The position numbers and the translations under genes were made by a program. Below the pieces are notes generated by a model. The model ran no database searches. It was given only the letters and a program-made list of their open reading frames with translations, and was not told the DNA's origin. Below are positions 36,332-40,198 of a stretch of DNA of 40,198 nucleotides, in pieces. Each line of letters opens with the position of its first letter. The stretch's first letter is position 1. This DNA is from Planctomycetota bacterium (GTDB lineage: Bacteria > Planctomycetota > UBA11346), in the NCBI GenBank assembly GCA_038213805.1, contig JBBQSO010000046.1:1-40198 (forward strand), read 5' to 3'.

Positions 36332-37071
36332 GCCGGGACCTCCGCCGCCGCGCTGGCGCGCCGGCCATCGACCCAGGCGCGCGCCGCGTGCTCGACGAGC
36401 TCCGCTTCGGCCAGCCAGGACGGTGCGGGCAGGCCGGCGAAGCGCAGGCGTTCGGCCTCGTGCAGGATCTGCCAGCGCCAGTGCGCAGTCAGGGTTGCCA
36501 CGCGCTGCGCCGCGGGCAGCAGCTGGCAAGCGGGCGGCTCGCCGAGCGCGGCCAGAAACGCGCGTGGGTCGCTGGCCCCAGGACGGGAGCCGGCCATCGA
36601 CACCCAGGGATGCAGCGGTGGCGGCGCGGTGAGCGTGCCCGGATCGGCCGGCGCCTGCCACGTCGGCACGACGGTCAGCGGCAGCAGTTGCGGGACCGCC
36701 GTGAGCCAGGGCAGCTGGCCGCCGTCCATCAGCACGCAGGCGTGGCCGCAGCGCGCGCCGGGCAGCGGGCAGGCGAACAGCGCCGCATCCGCCACGCGCT
36801 GCAGGGTGAAGACTTCGGCCAGGCGCCGGGCGAGCGCCGTGAGCGGATAGTGGCCGCCCGGGACGATGTGCCCGGGCCACGTGAGCGCGGCGATCGCCAG
36901 GCAACCGTCGAGCGCGACCACCACGCGCGCGCCGCCCGCGGCCAGGGCCAGACCCCACCACGCGCGCCCCGGTACCCACCACAGCCGCTCTGGAGCGTGC
37001 AGGATGAGGTGACGCACATCGTGGGCGGCGCTGGCAAGCTCTGCGGCAGTGACGGTGGCGGCTTCAGACAT
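36313..37071 (-). CDS. Hypothetical protein, 252 aa
   Basis: ATG at 37071 overlaps the upstream stop (37064-37066); Trp/Ala/Pro-rich. Confidence 0.6.
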   Translation of the reverse strand: MSEAATVTAAELASAAHDVRHLILHAPERLWWVPGRAWWGLALAAGGARVVVALDGCLAIAALTWPGHIVPGGHYPLTALARRLAEVFTLQRVADAALFACPLPGARCGHACVLMDGGQLPWLTAVPQLLPLTVVPTWQAPADPGTLTAPPPLHPWVSMAGSRPGASDPRAFLAALGEPPACQLLPAAQRVATLTAHWRWQILHEAERLRFAGLPAPSWLAEAELVEHAARAWVDGRRASAAAEVPAWTPSP

Positions 37072-37801
37072 CGACGAAGTAGGCACGCGCGCGGCAGAGT
37101 GCGAACAGCGCCAGCAGGTAGCAGACAAGCAGCGTCGGCACGGTCGGCAGCGCCGCGGGCAGGGCCATCACGAAGGGCACGCCCGCCAAGGCCATGCGGC
37201 AGGTGTTGAGCCACGCCTGGAAACGCAGGCCATTGGGCGAGCGACCCTGCTCCTGGGCGCGGCGCGCAGCATATTCGCCCAGGAAGAAAGCGAGGAAGGC
37301 GGCCGGCACGGCGAGCAGCAGCAGCTGCAGGGCGTACCAGCCGCGGGTCAGGAACAGCGTGCCCCAGGCGCGCTGCACGGGGTAGAAGCTGCGCTCGAGC
37401 CAGGCGGAGAAGCGCTGGCCGAGACTGCGCGTGACGCGATCGCTGGCGCCATCACCGCCGGCTGTGAATGAGGCGCCGGCAGCACCCGGCTCTGGCACCA
37501 GATGCTGCACGGTGGCGAGCGCGGCGGCGTACGGCCAGGCCGCGACGAGCAGTTCGTGGTCGCCCCAGGCGAGCCGGGGAGTGGCCACCGCGGCCTGGCG
37601 CTGCTCCCATTGCTGAAGGCCCTCCAGATAGGTGACGAAGCGCGCGGTGCCGTTCTCACCCAGCGCCGCGACCGCGGGGATGACGATCGAGACCAGCACC
37701 CACATCGCGAGCGGCGCGCCGAGCACGAAGATGCCCAGGTCGAAGACCCGGCTGATCACCACGGCGGCGAGCGGTCGACGGCCGATCTCAAGCTCAGCCA
37801 C
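37064..37801 (-). CDS. Membrane protein resembling DUF4400/TIGR03747 conjugative-element membrane proteins, 245 aa
   Basis: GTG with AGGAGGAG RBS; topology of N-terminal TM, soluble loop, R-initiated TM with P, G-x3-RR loop, two terminal TMs with prolines and an aromatic C-terminus. The family call is by eye only. Confidence 0.5.
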   Translation of the reverse strand: MAELEIGRRPLAAVVISRVFDLGIFVLGAPLAMWVLVSIVIPAVAALGENGTARFVTYLEGLQQWEQRQAAVATPRLAWGDHELLVAAWPYAAALATVQHLVPEPGAAGASFTAGGDGASDRVTRSLGQRFSAWLERSFYPVQRAWGTLFLTRGWYALQLLLLAVPAAFLAFFLGEYAARRAQEQGRSPNGLRFQAWLNTCRMALAGVPFVMALPAALPTVPTLLVCYLLALFALCRARAYFVDV

Positions 37802-37812
37802 GGTCTCCTCCT

Positions 37813-38808
37813 TCAGAACACATAGGCCAACGAGCCGCCGACGATTAAGCGGTCGTGGCTGTCGAGGCCGCGGCCGCCGGACAGCTCGCGGCCGCCCCAG
37901 CCGGTGAGATGGAGGCCCGCGAGCGGGGTGAATTCGGCAACGCCCAGGAGCGGAGCCTGGTTGAGGGTCATGCCGGTGAAGCCGGGCTGCGGCTCGCCGC
38001 CACGAATCCGCCAGTCGTCGTGCGCGACGCCTTGTTCGGCACCGACGCGCACCCACGTCCAGGGTCGGAAGGACAGCCCGATGGCGCCACCCACGCCGAT
38101 GTGGCGGTTCTCGAAGGAGATTTTCCCGGCATCAGCGACCGCGATGGTGTTCGAGCCGGAGAAGGTGTACTGCGCGTCGCCGCGGATCTGCAGGGTGCAC
38201 ATGCCGATGCCGAACGAGCCTCGCAGTCCGAGCAGTGGCGTGAACGACCAGTCGCTGACGCGTCCGTGGCAGATCAGCCAGTCTTCGCGGTCGCCGAGCG
38301 GAGTCAGCGCGCCGACCGCAAGCGCCACCGCCTGGTAGCGCGTGCGGTAGAGGGTGAAGACCAGATCGGTCTCAAGATCACCCCAATGCACGGCGTCGGT
38401 GCGGTCGTCGCGGCTGCCGCGCAAGGCGATCTCGCTGCTGCACCACGAGGCCCCGAGATTCTGCCGCCAGCGGATCTCACCATCGGTGCGGCGTTCGACC
38501 AGCGGCGCAGTCGGCGTGCCCGGCTGGGGCGGTGTGCCGGCGACCGGCACGGCCCACTGCGCCTGGGGCGCATCCGTGCCCCACGCCACCGCATGGCCGG
38601 TCGCGGCTACGCGCAGCAGCGACCAGCCGCCCGGCATGGGCATGGCCGGCGCGGTCTGCGCGCCGTCGCGGCGCAGGTCGCCGAAGATGGTGGGGATGGT
38701 GTTGGTCTGCTCGCGCCGCGCGGTCTGGTTCCAGGACTCGTCCTCGGCGCGGACGGACGGCGACAGGACGGCGCAGGAGATCAGGAGCAGGGTGGTCGTG
38801 CAGCGCAT
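37813..38808 (-). CDS. Secreted protein, probable outer-membrane beta-barrel, 331 aa
   Basis: Signal peptide ending VRA; amphipathic strands (LGLRGSFGIG, VGGAIGLSFRP, LHLTGWGG); C-terminal beta-signal-like GGSLAYVF. Confidence 0.65.
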   Translation of the reverse strand: MRCTTTLLLISCAVLSPSVRAEDESWNQTARREQTNTIPTIFGDLRRDGAQTAPAMPMPGGWSLLRVAATGHAVAWGTDAPQAQWAVPVAGTPPQPGTPTAPLVERRTDGEIRWRQNLGASWCSSEIALRGSRDDRTDAVHWGDLETDLVFTLYRTRYQAVALAVGALTPLGDREDWLICHGRVSDWSFTPLLGLRGSFGIGMCTLQIRGDAQYTFSGSNTIAVADAGKISFENRHIGVGGAIGLSFRPWTWVRVGAEQGVAHDDWRIRGGEPQPGFTGMTLNQAPLLGVAEFTPLAGLHLTGWGGRELSGGRGLDSHDRLIVGGSLAYVF

Positions 38809-38816
38809 GTTCAGGG

Positions 38817-39569
38817 TCAGCTCATCCGCGAGGCGGGGACAGGGGTGGGAAGGGCCGCGGTCTGGTCAGCGGGAAGCGGGGATGCGGCCGGCATGGTGGC
38901 CGAGGGCAGTGGCTTGCCGAAACCCGGATAGGCGCCGACGTAGAGGCCGAGAGCGCGGCGCAGCAGCCCGCGGCGGGGCGCTGGCGACTGGGCCATGCGG
39001 CTGCGCCAATAGCGCTCGCGCCAGCCGAGCAGGAGGAGTACCGCCAGCACCGCGACGATGGCCAGGTGCGACACCCATTCCGGACGCGTCACCGCGGCCG
39101 GCGCGGTGAGGCGGTCGAGCTCCGCCGAGAGGCCAAGCTCGGTGGCGGTCGCCTCGTGCCAGATGCCGGCATGATGGCTGCGCGCTTCACCGAGCGCCTG
39201 CACGTACTGCTGGTGGCGCACGTGTCCCGCGAGCAGCGCCTGGTCGGGCAGGGCCCAGCCCTCGGCGACGGCGAGTTCACCAAACGTGCGGTCGGCGGCG
39301 ACGAAGACTTCGATCACCGGGAGCTCGGCGAAGGCGCCCTGGCCGGTGGCGCTGGCCTGGGCCTGCACCACGCCGCCGACCGGCAACCAGGTCAGGGCGG
39401 CGCGGTCGATCAGCACCTGGTAGTCGGGGATGGGGACGATGGCGCCAAAGGATACCGGGGCCTCGAGCCGCTGGCCGCCGCTGATCACGGCGATGGTGCC
39501 ATAGGCGGCGCCGAAAACGGTCTGGAGCTGCACCAGGGTGGGATGGTCGATGGACAGCGGCAGGGGCAC
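38817..39569 (-). CDS. Thermonuclease (SNase)-like protein with a C-terminal TM helix, active site apparently degenerate, 250 aa
   Basis: GELAVAEGWA...YVQALGEARSHHAGIW matches the SNase C-terminal pattern; no DGDT or E/R catalytic motifs seen; TM HLAIVAVLAVLLLLGW. Confidence 0.6.
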   Translation of the reverse strand: MPLPLSIDHPTLVQLQTVFGAAYGTIAVISGGQRLEAPVSFGAIVPIPDYQVLIDRAALTWLPVGGVVQAQASATGQGAFAELPVIEVFVAADRTFGELAVAEGWALPDQALLAGHVRHQQYVQALGEARSHHAGIWHEATATELGLSAELDRLTAPAAVTRPEWVSHLAIVAVLAVLLLLGWRERYWRSRMAQSPAPRRGLLRRALGLYVGAYPGFGKPLPSATMPAASPLPADQTAALPTPVPASRMS

Positions 39570-39576
39570 CGGCGGC

Positions 39577-40113
39577 TCACTTCACCGCGGGCGCGGTGGG
39601 CGCGGTGGGCGCAGGCGCTGGGGTCCCAGACACGACCGGGGCAGGTCCTGAACCCACCGGATGCGCCTCAAGCAGCTCCGGATCGATGGGCGAGGGTGCC
39701 GGTTGCGCCGCACCCGCCGGCGCGCCGCCCTTGTCGCCGTCCTTGCCCTCGTGCGGTGCCAGACCGAGCGCCTGGAGCTGCTTCATCACCGCGAAGCCGG
39801 TGATGCGCTGCGCTTCGGCAACACTGTCGAGGTGGCGTTCGATGCGTTCCATGCGCTGCGCCATGAAGCCAGCGAGCAGCACGGCGGCGAGCAGGAGCAG
39901 GTTGAGCACCTGGGTGGAACCGACGAGGTTCCAGGTGGTGATGATGCCCTCGCGGAAGGCCGCGACCATGCCCGTGAGCAACCGCGCGAGGATGCCACCC
40001 GGGCCGCGCCGCACTGACGCTGACGATGCGGCGCCGGCTGATGGCGCCATATCGGACGCGCTGGACCGGGCGGCGGGACCGGCCGAGGCGGGAACGAGCA
40101 GCGGTTTCTTCAT
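39577..40113 (-). CDS. Hypothetical single-pass membrane protein with short coiled coil and Pro/Ala tail, 178 aa
   Basis: TM VLNLLLLAAVLLAGFMA followed by QRMERIERHLD; 7-nt gap to the next gene. Confidence 0.65.
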   Translation of the reverse strand: MKKPLLVPASAGPAARSSASDMAPSAGAASSASVRRGPGGILARLLTGMVAAFREGIITTWNLVGSTQVLNLLLLAAVLLAGFMAQRMERIERHLDSVAEAQRITGFAVMKQLQALGLAPHEGKDGDKGGAPAGAAQPAPSPIDPELLEAHPVGSGPAPVVSGTPAPAPTAPTAPAVK

Positions 40114-40198
40114 GGTCGCAACCTGGACGGGAAGGGCCGCACATGCACGTGCAGCGAGCGGAAGGTGGCGTGGGCGCCCGGGCGCCGGGGGCGCCCCC
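40110..40198 (-). CDS. Possible 3' end of an upstream operon gene (partial)
   Basis: Open frame ...FRSLHVHVRPFPSRLRP ending in a TGA that overlaps the ATG at 40113 (ATGA). Confidence 0.4.
   Translation of the reverse strand, partial: GRPRRPGAHATFRSLHVHVRPFPSRLRP

Overview
Very GC-rich bacterial chromosomal segment. It is probably from the PVC superphylum (Planctomycetota-like); this is an inference from the ECF sigma/Ser-Thr kinase pair, the GntR-LacI hybrid regulator and the large FlgD/CBM9-type secreted protein. The first ~132 nt are G/C homopolymer and look artefactual. Positions ~133-33950 hold a mixed gene set: DUF318 and TIGR03943 metal permease pair, GntR/LacI regulator with a 1293-aa secreted protein, copZ-copA, kinase with convergent ECF sigma, TauE exporter, purC, PpiD/SurA-like chaperone, general stress protein, alaA-type aminotransferase, DUF6607 lipoprotein, pckG, amidohydrolase, ABC-2 permease, yicC, ECF sigma with anti-sigma-VWA protein, a CarF/TMEM189-family desaturase and a GH-A clan hydrolase. 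Positions 33976-40198 are a tightly coupled minus-strand operon of poorly recognisable genes with hints of a diverged conjugative-element module (DUF4400-like, SNase-like, repeated TraI_2_C-like segments). The most distinctive non-coding feature is a set of ~135-155 bp intergenic elements. Each has inverted arms made of short 7-8 nt tandem repeats around a unique spacer, and each uses a different repeat unit; solo repeat arrays also follow several stop codons. No rRNA, tRNA, CRISPR array, integrase or transposase was recognised. All family assignments are from motif recognition by eye, not database searches.
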